Of a stretch of DNA of 64,000 nt, positions 45,637 to 54,249 are shown one piece after another. Location: the sequence record PP216084; one strand, 5' to 3'. A program made the translations under genes and the position numbers. Under the pieces are notes generated by a model that did not search any database, was not told the origin of the DNA, and worked only from the letters and a program-made list of their open reading frames with translations. Source of the stretch: Escherichia phage vB_EcoS_HZ_ZJUN2. The stretch's first letter is position 1. The number at the start of each line of letters is the position of its first letter.

Positions 45637-46338
45637 ATGAAAGTAAAACCATTTGGTATGCTAGATATTGAATCTCTAGGAACTCCAGGAGATTGTGGTA
45701 CTACTCATATCGTAATGCCTTCTTTCGCTTTTGTGGCTATGCATGGGATTGATAAAGACCCTGACTTAGTATTTGCTACTTTGGATGTGCAGGATCAGCT
45801 TAATTCTGGTGCCAAAGTTACAGCATCTACTCTAGCATTCTGGATGGATCAAGCTAAAAATAGCCCGTCTGCTATTCACATTATGGAAGCTATGAAGGAA
45901 CGTAATCCAAAACTGATTGCCTTCCAAAATGGTAAACATCATTGCACTAATAAATTAGGCTCAAACTATGCTGCCTTCTCTATGGCTCAAAATATTATGG
46001 AGTTGGCTCTAGGCGAAAATGCTTTGTATTATGGCAATGGCCCAGAGTTTGATATGACTATCTACTCTGCAAACACGTTCCATGCTGGAACCAATGAAGA
46101 GGTAGTTCCGTGGAAATTCTGGAATTTAGGCAATGTTCGATCTCTTCGTAATCTCTGGATGCAAGCTGGTTATAGTTACAAAGATCTAGAGGCTGAAGGT
46201 ATTAGCTGGGCAAAAGCTAAAATGGAGAAGATGGACACCATTCGTTATGGGATCTATCCGGTTAAGCACGACCCAGCATTCGATGCCCTAGTTGAGGGCT
46301 ATTGTGTTGCAGCTATGATCGAAAAAATGAAAATTTGA
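45637..46338 (+). CDS. putative DEDDh-family 3'-5' exonuclease (DexA-like)
   Basis: 233 aa; N-terminal LDIESLG (Exo I D-x-E) and C-terminal HDPAFDA (Exo III H…D) patterns. Confidence 0.5.
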   Translation: MKVKPFGMLDIESLGTPGDCGTTHIVMPSFAFVAMHGIDKDPDLVFATLDVQDQLNSGAKVTASTLAFWMDQAKNSPSAIHIMEAMKERNPKLIAFQNGKHHCTNKLGSNYAAFSMAQNIMELALGENALYYGNGPEFDMTIYSANTFHAGTNEEVVPWKFWNLGNVRSLRNLWMQAGYSYKDLEAEGISWAKAKMEKMDTIRYGIYPVKHDPAFDALVEGYCVAAMIEKMKI

Positions 46339-46339
46339 T

Positions 46340-46368
46340 TTGCTTCCGGCTCCAAAATTCTGTATAAT
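46340..46368 (+). promoter_or_regulatory. T5-type promoter
   Basis: TTGCTT - 17 bp - TATAAT followed by ATATTCATAAATTTGAGAAAAC. Confidence 0.65.
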
Positions 46369-46409
46369 ATATTCATAAATTTGAGAAAACAATAAAAGGA
46401 AAAACAAAT

Positions 46410-46592
46410 ATGCCAGTATCTAAAAATGTTCGTAAAAATGGTAAGAAAGCTACTCGTAATCTGGGTATCCGTCGTATGGCTGAACGTCAATCAGGTGTCC
46501 AGAAAATCTTTGATCTGCTAAATCGTGCTAACCCTAAAATTGATAACAATAACGATACTGTTCTGCGCACTCTGCTGGCAATTGGTCTGTAA
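46410..46592 (+). CDS. small basic hypothetical protein
   Basis: 60-aa ORF with AAAGGAAAAAC RBS. Confidence 0.5.
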   Translation: MPVSKNVRKNGKKATRNLGIRRMAERQSGVQKIFDLLNRANPKIDNNNDTVLRTLLAIGL

Positions 46593-46645
46593 TAGACCAA
46601 CTTTAAACAAATTCAAATCTCAAACTTCATATAAGGAAGCAAATA

Positions 46646-47284
46646 ATGACTACTCGTATCTCTAAAACTCGCGCTCTGGCAACTATCAAATCTCTGGAAG
46701 CTAAAATCCGTAAAGCTACTGAACAGCAGCTTCTGATCGCTGTTGGCGAAGGTAAGGATAAAAACCAGGTTGTAGTTGGCGCTGCAATCGAAGTAGCTGA
46801 TCTGTCTACTCGTATTAAGGCAGATTTCCAATCTCTCCTGGATATGATGTCCCAGCGTGATCGTATCAAAGCCGCTCTGATTAAGAGCAATGCGGAAACA
46901 GTAGTTGAGATTGGTTCTCGTAAGATGACTGTTGCGGAAGCAATTGAAGCTAAGCGTTCTATGGAACTTAAAGCCCAACTGCTGGCTAATATGCGTAAGC
47001 AGTTCCATGCCGCTACGGTTAAGTTTAATACGCAGAAAGCACAGTTTGATGCTAAATATGAGCGTTTGCAGGATAGCATGGCTACCCGCGATAAGAAAAC
47101 TTCCGAAGATGAAGTTAAAATGCAGCTCAACCTGCTGGAACTCAAGAATACTCCATTCTTGATTGATCCGCTGGAACTGGAAAAGCTGATTAAGCAGCAT
47201 GACGAGGAATATCAGGACTTTGCAACAAATGTTGACTTTGTTCTGTCCGAGTCTAACGCCTCTACCTTCATTGAAGTAGAGTAA
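46646..47284 (+). CDS. hypothetical coiled-coil protein
   Basis: 212 aa; AGGAAGCAAAT RBS; the longer antisense ORFs over the same region were rejected. Confidence 0.55.
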   Translation: MTTRISKTRALATIKSLEAKIRKATEQQLLIAVGEGKDKNQVVVGAAIEVADLSTRIKADFQSLLDMMSQRDRIKAALIKSNAETVVEIGSRKMTVAEAIEAKRSMELKAQLLANMRKQFHAATVKFNTQKAQFDAKYERLQDSMATRDKKTSEDEVKMQLNLLELKNTPFLIDPLELEKLIKQHDEEYQDFATNVDFVLSESNASTFIEVE

Positions 47285-47667
47285 TAATTTAAAAGCTAGT
47301 AAATCGGTAGACGAAAGCCCAAGCATCTTACCTCGCAGCAGCGGTTGAAATACGAGGTTAAATAGGACCGCTGACCATACTATAAAGTATAATCTATTGG
47401 AGATTATGTTTATTACACCAGCCTTTTAAGCTGACACGTAAGAACAAAGCGTCGTTGATATTACCGACACAACTTCAAAGATCAACATTTAAGTATGAAA
47501 GCTGAAAAGTTTAAAGAACTCAAACTTCTAAACTTCTAAATCTAAAAGATGCAAAGTATTCGTTGATGATTCAAACCCTAGATCAAAGGTACATGGCTCA
47601 TAAGATATGGCCTGTGGCGCCTCTAGGCTGTTTATCGGTTTACTAGTTTCACAATTTAAAAATGTAT

Positions 47668-47696
47668 TTGCTAATCTACTAAATTATATGTATAAT
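47668..47696 (+). promoter_or_regulatory. T5-type promoter
   Basis: TTGCTA - 17 bp - TATAAT followed by ATATTTTTAAATTGATGAAAC. Confidence 0.65.
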
Positions 47697-47726
47697 ATAT
47701 TTTTAAATTGATGAAACGAGGCTATT

Positions 47727-48550
47727 ATGGGTAAATTACAAAAACAAATACTACCATATATAGATTATATTCGAGAAATTATAGAGTATAATCCTTATAC
47801 CGGTAAATTATTTTATAAGCCTAATAAATACAAGAATAAAACTTGGCACACCCTATATGCTGGGAGAGAGAGATATGTAGTAAGAACTCTGATGGGTATA
47901 TCAGAGTTAGTTTGCTCTTAGATAACAAACCCACAATTATTTATGGACACCGAATAGCGTGGTTGCTACATTATGGTGAAGAGCCGCCTCATATGATCGA
48001 CCATATAAATACCATACCGTGGGATAACAGAATTATTAATTTAAGAGAGACAAATTTTAAGTTAAATAGAATTAATACTAATAAAACCATAGGTGTAGAA
48101 CTCCTCCCAGAGGGTTTTGTATATAGCATTACATTAGATGGAAAGTTCTTCGTATCTCCTGGCTTCACCACTTTCGAACAAGCTAAAGGGGAAAGAGAAA
48201 AACTAGTAAATGGCTTATGTAACGCAGAAATTGGGAAGCAGACCAATATCCTAATAGACGATGTTAGAAATCTACCTGAAATGTCTATTATTTGTCGTAC
48301 AGTTGTATGTGCGCTAGAATTATCAGACGCGTTTAGTTTCACAGGCTCATACCTATTTATGGACTCAGATCTAGGAGATCCAGAGGTACAAGGAAAAGAT
48401 TTATTAGATCATATACTATTTTTAGGTCAAAGACCTTTAAAAGTGGTTTTAGTAACATCTAACCCCGTTGACGCAGAGTACATGAGAGGTACTCTTACAT
48501 CTTATGGATACAGAGAAAATCCCAATAGATTAGAATATGATCTATTTTAA
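47727..48550 (+). pseudogene. HNH homing endonuclease gene split by a -1 frameshift at a (GA)n tract
   Basis: N-terminal part in frame 0 (47727-47921) and HNH-containing part (…DGYIRVSLLL…YGHRIAWLLHYGEEPPHMIDHINTIPWDNRIINLRE) in the -1 frame (47843-48550); overlap contains GGGAGAGAGAGA (47862-47873). Confidence 0.55.
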
Positions 48551-48562
48551 GGAGTAAAAAGA

Positions 48563-49012
48563 ATGAAGGCAGCTTTGCTTTTAGTAGCTGCCCTTACCGT
48601 CAGCTTTAGTAGTCAGGCATCGCACGATGCAAAAGAAATAGATTGCATTGCTAAAAATATCTATTTCGAAAGTCGTGGTGAGGGCATAAAGGGAATGACG
48701 GCGATTGCACATGTTACTAAAAACCGTGTAAACTCCGGTAAATTCCCAGATTCCTACTGTAAAGTAGTATATCAGTCTAACCAGTTCTCTTGGGTATCCA
48801 AGAGACCAAAAGTTGATAAAACCGATGAGGCTTGGAAAACCGCCAAGAATTTAGCTAGAGTGATATACTACGTTGATTTACCACAAGATCCTACACATGG
48901 GGCTTTATACTTCCATAGCGGTAAAGATAAACCTTACTGGACAAAGAAATTTAAGAAAACAACTAAGATTAAGGGGCATACATTCTATAAACCTGTTGTC
49001 ACTAAAACTTAA
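48563..49012 (+). CDS. secreted SleB-like cell-wall hydrolase (Hydrolase_2-type)
   Basis: Signal peptide MKAALLLVAALTVSFSSQA; NIYFESRGEGIKGMTAIAHVTKNR…YQSNQFSW. Confidence 0.6.
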   Translation: MKAALLLVAALTVSFSSQASHDAKEIDCIAKNIYFESRGEGIKGMTAIAHVTKNRVNSGKFPDSYCKVVYQSNQFSWVSKRPKVDKTDEAWKTAKNLARVIYYVDLPQDPTHGALYFHSGKDKPYWTKKFKKTTKIKGHTFYKPVVTKT

Positions 49013-49020
49013 AAATTTAC

Positions 49021-49049
49021 TTGCTTAAATACTTAAATTTCCGTATAAT
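49021..49049 (+). promoter_or_regulatory. T5-type promoter
   Basis: TTGCTT - 17 bp - TATAAT followed by ACTTCCATAAATTAATGAGAGG. Confidence 0.65.
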
Positions 49050-49080
49050 ACTTCCATAAATTAATGAGAGGAAGCGAAAT

Positions 49081-49251
49081 ATGAAATCAGTTGTAATTAT
49101 TGGTGTTAACACTCGCGGTATTCGTACTACGAAAACTGTTAAAACTTCTAACGTTGCTGAAATCACTATGAACCCTAAAAAGTTTGATTTCGCCAAAGTC
49201 TCAGCAGTTATGACAGAACAATCTTTTAACCAAGCATTAGGAATGAAGTAA
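49081..49251 (+). CDS. small hypothetical protein
   Basis: 56-aa ORF (below the 60-aa track cut-off) with GAGAGGAAG RBS; stop overlaps the next start. Confidence 0.45.
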   Translation: MKSVVIIGVNTRGIRTTKTVKTSNVAEITMNPKKFDFAKVSAVMTEQSFNQALGMK

Positions 49252-49694
49252 TGGAAGAGAATATTTTAGATGTTTTGCGTAGAGCTTTGCAGGATTCTAA
49301 GTTTAATGGTTCTGATAAAGAAGTCGCTAAAAGCTATCAGACCATAATCGGGGATCTTCAGCGTATTGATAAAGATTTCATCACTTCTGAACAATTTGTG
49401 TCTTATCTCAAAGCTCAACTAAAAAGCATTAACCAGATGAAAGCTAAACTTCATGGTCAAGATCTCGATAGTTATAGCTTACAGTCTGCTCAGTATGAGT
49501 ATATTCTAAATAAATGGTTGCAGGAGTATCTGCCTCCTCAGTTATCTGATACTGAGATTCGTAAATACTTTGCAGAATTAGTTAAGCTAAACCCTGGAAT
49601 TACAAAGGGTATGCTGATGAAAGCGATTAAGGAAGAATTTCCTGGGCGTTATGATGGTGGTACTGCTGCTCAGATTGCTGGCGAATTTAATTAA
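49251..49694 (+). CDS. hypothetical protein, GatB/YqeY-domain-like
   Basis: 147 aa; C-terminal …FPGRYDGGTAAQIAGEF resembles YqeY-type domain ends (weak). Confidence 0.45.
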   Translation: MEENILDVLRRALQDSKFNGSDKEVAKSYQTIIGDLQRIDKDFITSEQFVSYLKAQLKSINQMKAKLHGQDLDSYSLQSAQYEYILNKWLQEYLPPQLSDTEIRKYFAELVKLNPGITKGMLMKAIKEEFPGRYDGGTAAQIAGEFN

Positions 49695-49702
49695 AAATTT
49701 AT

Positions 49703-49731
49703 TTGCTAAATGCCTTTAAATTCTGTATAAT
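49703..49731 (+). promoter_or_regulatory. T5-type promoter driving an ORF-free ~0.8-kb region
   Basis: TTGCTA - 17 bp - TATAAT followed by ATATTCATAAATTAGGGAAC. Confidence 0.65.
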
Positions 49732-49954
49732 ATATTCATAAATTAGGGAACAGCGAGCCGATTACGCTGAATGCAGAATCCCAACCGGAGCGCATTGAAT
49801 AGAGTCGGTGGGTTAGTTGTAAAACTAGTACACAGGGGGCGGCAATCCCGGTTAGTGGCTAGAACGTGTAAAATGAGGCGTCTGAAACCTCTCCCCTAAA
49901 CTCTTCTCTAATTTATAAATAGTGGGGTGTGGAAATCACTTATGTAGTAACACT

Positions 49955-50026
49955 GCCGATCTAGTATAAACGGTATTATCAAGCCGTAACTGGTGGAAGA
50001 TGTAGGTTCGAATCCTACGATCGGTA
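49955..50026 (+). other. tRNA-like element with aberrant anticodon arm (possible pseudo-tRNA)
   Basis: 7-bp acceptor pairing GCCGATC/GATCGGT and perfect T-arm GTAGG-TTCGAAT-CCTAC, but no 5-bp anticodon stem with U33 and no encoded CCA. Confidence 0.3.
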
Positions 50027-50527
50027 AGAACTGGATAACTGGTGCTTTTAACGTAAAAGCTTCCGAGGTTAGTTGCGCACTGCCTAAACCACGCGGTAGT
50101 TGGTTCCAGACTAACCAACCAGTCTGCTGAATAGTTTTATTACGATTTAACTATGTCCAGGCTAAAGAAGAACTTTAGAAGGTATTCTAGGTAGTGAAGT
50201 TTTTCCTCCATATCGGAGTAGTTTTTCAAGCTACCAACAAAGTGGGAAATGCTGACATGAGAGATGTCACTAATGGTGCACAATAGCACAGGTAATTCGC
50301 GATAACTCCTGTTGAGTAGCAGCAAAAGGCGGGAAGTCATGACCCCAAGCCTAACCGAGTCCTCAATATACCGCAGGACATAACCACTAAGTCACCCTGA
50401 CTTAAACTGGAAAATAATAGACGTTACTGTATTTTGTCTTGAAATACTTAATGAGTGAGACTTATGACTCTCCCGGTATCGTCTGTATTTTTAAGAGTTT
50501 TTACGAGAGTTCTTAAAAATACTTAAA

Positions 50528-50602
50528 CGGGGTGTAGTCTAAGGGAGAGGCAGGAGTCTTCTAAATTCCTTTATGCAGGTTCGAATCCTGTCACCTCGGC
50601 CA
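50528..50602 (+). tRNA. tRNA-Arg (anticodon TCT)
   Basis: Hand-folded cloverleaf: acceptor CGGGGTG/CACCTCG, anticodon loop CTTCTAA, T-loop TTCGAAT, encoded CCA. Confidence 0.65.
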
Positions 50603-50636
50603 ATTTTATTAACTGTAACTAAAACAAAGGAAATAT

Positions 50637-51584
50637 ATGTTTGCTACTAAAAACACTAAAGAACTGACTTATGAGCAAAAATTGATGCGTAATATCAAAC
50701 GTTGGGGTATTGGTGTTGCAGTTGGTTTGGTAGGTTTAGTTCTGGCCCTTAACTCCTATACTGTGGTTCAAGACGGTACTGTTAAAACCCAGACTTTCCT
50801 GGGTAAAGTTGACCCTAGCCCAGTATTACCAGGCTTTCATATTGTAAATCCTTTTGCTTCTTTCGATACTTTTAGTACTAAAGATATTGCTGTAAAATTA
50901 GATAAACTTCAGGTTCCTAGCCAGGATAAGTTTAAATCCACTGTTGACCTGACTGTTATGTTGCAGTTTGATGGTTCTAAGGCACCGATCAACCGTATTA
51001 ATGCAGGTACTCAGGATCAGGCGTTAGACAAATATGTAACTGAAAAATTACTGTCTACCATCCGTGAGTTTGGTAAGTCTGTACCTAAAGCACAAGATTT
51101 GTTTGATGCTAAAATTCAAGCACAATTACAAACTGCAATTCAACAGGAAGTTGAAGAGTATGCACGCCCTTATGGTTACACAGTTAAGCAAGTGTTCCTT
51201 CAGGATATCACATTACCACCGGTAATTATGGAACAGGTACAGAATACCAAAGTTCGTGAAGAACAAGTTAATGCTGCGAAAGCTGAATTGGCTCGTGTTG
51301 AACAAGAAGCACAGCAGAAGGTTAAACAAGCAGAAGCAGATCGTGAAGCTCGTAACAACCAAGCTATTGCAAACGAACGTGATGCAGATGCTAAACTGTA
51401 TGCAGCTAAGAAAGAAGCCGAAGCTAACGCCGCTCTGCAACGTACTATTACTCCTGAGATGATTCGCTGGAAACAACTAGAAGTTGAAATGACTCGTGCT
51501 CAGAAGTATCAAGGTGGTGTGCCGCAAACAGTAGTTGGCACTGGGTACGATGGCCGGATGATTATGGATATGCGTAACAAGTAA
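50637..51584 (+). CDS. SPFH/band-7 (prohibitin-like) membrane protein
   Basis: 315 aa; N-terminal TM helix WGIGVAVGLVGLVLAL; Ala/Glu/Gln-rich coiled coil. Confidence 0.6.
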   Translation: MFATKNTKELTYEQKLMRNIKRWGIGVAVGLVGLVLALNSYTVVQDGTVKTQTFLGKVDPSPVLPGFHIVNPFASFDTFSTKDIAVKLDKLQVPSQDKFKSTVDLTVMLQFDGSKAPINRINAGTQDQALDKYVTEKLLSTIREFGKSVPKAQDLFDAKIQAQLQTAIQQEVEEYARPYGYTVKQVFLQDITLPPVIMEQVQNTKVREEQVNAAKAELARVEQEAQQKVKQAEADREARNNQAIANERDADAKLYAAKKEAEANAALQRTITPEMIRWKQLEVEMTRAQKYQGGVPQTVVGTGYDGRMIMDMRNK

Positions 51585-51608
51585 TTCCCACACGTAATAT
51601 TCGAAGTA

Positions 51609-51648
51609 AGCCCTGTGTTCCCTGGAGAGCGCAGGGCTTTTCTGTTTT
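51609..51648 (+). terminator. intrinsic terminator
   Basis: Stem AAGCCCTG/CAGGGCTT followed by TTTTCTGTTTT. Confidence 0.7.
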
Positions 51649-51810
51649 AAGGTAGAGGATAAGTGTGTCTCTTTGGTCACTCAGCTATGACAAATACTTT
51701 ACACTATATCACATTGAAAATCAAGTGGGGATAACAATTTTGGGGTCTATCCACTTACCTGCTACCATTAAGCATCCTGTTATTTTCCTCTAAAAAGTTA
51801 AAAAATTCAA

Positions 51811-51839
51811 TTGCTTGAATGCTAAATTCTCTGTATAAT
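51811..51839 (+). promoter_or_regulatory. T5-type promoter
   Basis: TTGCTT - 17 bp - TATAAT followed by ATATTTATAAATTTGAGAGAGG. Confidence 0.65.
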
Positions 51840-51869
51840 ATATTTATAAATTTGAGAGAGGAATCTAGT

Positions 51870-52388
51870 ATGACTGTTGATGAACTAACAGAACATCTCT
51901 TATCTAGAGGGTTTGATACAGATAAGTATCATTGCTGGTTAAGCCAGGAAGGATGGCTAACAGTCCCGTTGTATGACTTCTCTGGGATGTTGAGAGGCTA
52001 TCAAACTTATAATCCTTCTGCTCCAAAAGGTCATGGTAAGTGTCCCTTTGAAGCTAAATATTTTACTTATTCTACTACCCAGTGTGTATGGGGATTAGAA
52101 ACTCTCAATGGAGATGAAAAAGTAGTATTGATTGCTGAATCTGTATTTAAGGCAGTTGCGTTACATAACGCTGGTTATCCAGCCCTGGCAATGTTGGGTT
52201 CTTCCCCCGGAAAAGCATTATTAAAGCAATTGAAATTATTACCTTTTAAATTGGTAGCTGTAGGAGATAATGATCCTGCGGGTGAAAAATTTGCTAGAAA
52301 ATTAAACGGCTTTGTTTCTCCTGTAGATGTAGATGAGATGTCTACCGAAAACTTGAAAAATTTTCTTGCTATGAAGCTAAATTTCTAA
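51870..52388 (+). CDS. small Toprim-domain protein
   Basis: Start at the ATG behind GAGAGAGGAATC; VVLIAESVFKAVAL…VAVGDNDPAGEK Toprim acidic motifs. Confidence 0.55.
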   Translation: MTVDELTEHLLSRGFDTDKYHCWLSQEGWLTVPLYDFSGMLRGYQTYNPSAPKGHGKCPFEAKYFTYSTTQCVWGLETLNGDEKVVLIAESVFKAVALHNAGYPALAMLGSSPGKALLKQLKLLPFKLVAVGDNDPAGEKFARKLNGFVSPVDVDEMSTENLKNFLAMKLNF

Positions 52389-52394
52389 TATAAT
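52366..52394 (+). promoter_or_regulatory. T5-type promoter overlapping the 3' end of the Toprim gene
   Basis: TTGCTA - 17 bp - TATAAT followed by ATATTTATAAATTCGGAAG. Confidence 0.6.
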
Positions 52395-52408
52395 ATATTT
52401 ATAAATTC

Positions 52409-52497
52409 GGAAGAATAGCATAACGGTATTGCAGCAGATTGCTAATCTGTCGGTTTGAAATATAGCCTTGTGGGTTCGATTCCCACTTCTTCCGCCA
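52409..52497 (+). tRNA. tRNA-Ser (anticodon GCT), long variable arm
   Basis: Acceptor GGAAGAA/TTCTTCC, anticodon loop TTGCTAA, 19-nt variable arm, T-loop TTCGATT, discriminator G, CCA. Confidence 0.7.
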
Positions 52498-52503
52498 AAT
52501 TCT

Positions 52504-52581
52504 GGTTCTCAAGCTCATATGGTATGAGCACCCAGCTCATAACTGGAAGGTACGTAGGTTCGAATCCTCGGGGAGCCACCA
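52504..52581 (+). tRNA. tRNA-Met-like (anticodon CAT)
   Basis: Acceptor GGTTCTC/GGGAGCC, D-stem GCTC/GAGC, anticodon loop CTCATAA, CCA; T-stem has only 3 clean pairs. Confidence 0.55.
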
Positions 52582-52604
52582 ACTTAATTAGAAAGTAGTA
52601 AACT

Positions 52605-53288
52605 ATGAGAACTGATATACTCGATAGAAAGGAAGAAATAACTCAGTGGATAGCTCAGGGAAAATCTAAAGCAGAGATAGCAAGAATGCTATCTTGTGCC
52701 TCGAATACTCTAGAAGCATATTTAGGAAAACTAGGGATAATAATTACTCCTACTAATAGGCAGCAGGATAATAAATATAAGTCTGCAACAGAGTATTTAT
52801 ATAATGGCAGTCCTATCTCTTCCTATAGACTAAAGAATAAAATTCTTAACGAGGGACTAAAACCACATAAATGTGAGGGTTGCGGACTAGAAAGCTGGTT
52901 AAATAAACCAATTCCCTTAGAACTCGAGCATAAAGATGGAGACCACTATAATAATGAGTGGGACAACTTAGCCCTCCTATGCCCAAATTGTCATGCACTA
53001 ACACCTACTCATGCAGGCAAAAATATTGGCAGGTATACAGAAAGGGTGGTAAATACATGTGCTATTTGTCATTGCGAAATTAGCCCAAAGGCAACGCACT
53101 GTAAATCATGTACCCCGAAAGAACTAACTATAAATCCAGATATTACTGCGGAGCAAATAGAGTATTGGGTATCTAAGTATTCCTGGGTTCGTGCCTCCAA
53201 AGAATTAGGATTATCTGACACGGGGTTAAGAAAAAGATATACGTCCTTAACAGGAAAAGATCCTAAAAGTATTAAGAAAAGTAGGTAG
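52605..53288 (+). CDS. HNH homing endonuclease with N-terminal HTH and shared C-terminal module
   Basis: CEGCG…ELEHKDGDHYNNEWDNLALLCPNCHA; C-terminal ELGLSDTGLRKRYTSL also present in 55476-56057. Confidence 0.7.
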   Translation: MRTDILDRKEEITQWIAQGKSKAEIARMLSCASNTLEAYLGKLGIIITPTNRQQDNKYKSATEYLYNGSPISSYRLKNKILNEGLKPHKCEGCGLESWLNKPIPLELEHKDGDHYNNEWDNLALLCPNCHALTPTHAGKNIGRYTERVVNTCAICHCEISPKATHCKSCTPKELTINPDITAEQIEYWVSKYSWVRASKELGLSDTGLRKRYTSLTGKDPKSIKKSR

Positions 53289-53317
53289 TATAATTAACAC
53301 CAAATTAAGGAAATAAG

Positions 53318-53488
53318 ATGTATAGACATCCACCTCCGCCAACACGTCGTTCTAGAGAAGTTATTCTCATGGAATTGACTAAAAACTTCAAGGCAACTCT
53401 TGAAGATAGAGATCTAGGCACGGATGAAGATATTGATTTTATTTGTAGACTATTAAAGATGAAACTGGAGAAACAACATGGCTAATCC
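53318..53488 (+). CDS. small hypothetical protein
   Basis: 56-aa ORF with AAGGAAATAAG RBS. Confidence 0.35.
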
Positions 53489-53684
53489 TGAAATTACCGC
53501 ACAACGTTTCATGCTTAAAGGCATGATTGCTGAGGCAGGTATAACTCAAGAGGTTGCAGATTTTCATAAGCAATTTCTTGACATTATAACTCTAGCTAAA
53601 GAGACTGGAGAAAAAGAACACGGTGCAGCAATTATGGCTATAACTCTTATTAGTCTAGACTTGGCAGAAGAATCTGGAGTTTAG
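53478..53684 (+). CDS. hypothetical protein
   Basis: 68-aa ORF. Confidence 0.45.
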   Translation: MANPEITAQRFMLKGMIAEAGITQEVADFHKQFLDIITLAKETGEKEHGAAIMAITLISLDLAEESGV

Positions 53685-53714
53685 CTCCTCCGAACAGAAT
53701 TTTTAAAAATGTAC

Positions 53715-53744
53715 TTGCCTTTTGCTTTAAATTTCTGGTATAAT
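53715..53744 (+). promoter_or_regulatory. T5-type promoter
   Basis: TTGCCT - 18 bp - TATAAT followed by AGTTATATAAATTGATGAAGG. Confidence 0.6.
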
Positions 53745-53774
53745 AGTTATATAAATTGATGAAGGAGTTAACGA

Positions 53775-54050
53775 ATGCAAAATCGTGTTATAGCAACTGG
53801 TATTGAAAGTGCAATCTGTAAATCCTGGGAAGGCTGGGAAGGTGAGATTGAATGGCTTTATTTCTACGATGTAGAACTTCTGCCGGAAATTAAAGCTAAA
53901 TGTGTTGAAGCTGGCATGGCTCCAGATGCAAAAGCTGATATTGATATTTCAATGTCTGAACTTAAAGGTCGTGTAATTACTGTTAGTGATGGGGGCGAAG
54001 AAGTTTTCGAACTTCCATTCTCCTTAACTGTCGCTCCTAAGTTCGACTAA
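53775..54050 (+). CDS. hypothetical protein
   Basis: 91-aa ORF with GAAGGAG RBS. Confidence 0.5.
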   Translation: MQNRVIATGIESAICKSWEGWEGEIEWLYFYDVELLPEIKAKCVEAGMAPDAKADIDISMSELKGRVITVSDGGEEVFELPFSLTVAPKFD

Positions 54051-54086
54051 CTAATACAGCACTGAGCAAGTTCTTTAAAATTTGAC

Positions 54087-54115
54087 TTGCTCAGTGCCTT
54101 AAAACTTGGTATAAT
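54087..54115 (+). promoter_or_regulatory. T5-type promoter whose -35 lies in the 3' arm of a 12-bp hairpin (54059-54097)
   Basis: TTGCTC - 17 bp - TATAAT; inverted repeat AGCACTGAGCAAG…CTTGCTCAGTGC. Confidence 0.55.
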
Positions 54116-54249
54116 AGTTATCTAATTTGGAAAGTTCTTTTTAAGGTAGTTCTTACTTTAGCAGAGTAAACTTTCGGCAGATGGCGGCAGCCACTTTACC
54201 GATATTCCATAGTCAGTGCCGCAAACACTGGCTACCTTAAAGAGAATTT

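Noticed and set aside
46613-47326. Two long minus-strand ORFs (237 and 172 aa) over the 46646-47284 region
   Set aside because: The plus-strand ORF follows a promoter and RBS in a plus-strand operon; antisense ORFs are typical shadow frames
49936-50340. Minus-strand ORFs of 60 and 66 aa inside the ORF-free promoter-driven region
   Set aside because: Opposite to transcription direction, no RBS, overlap structured RNA candidates
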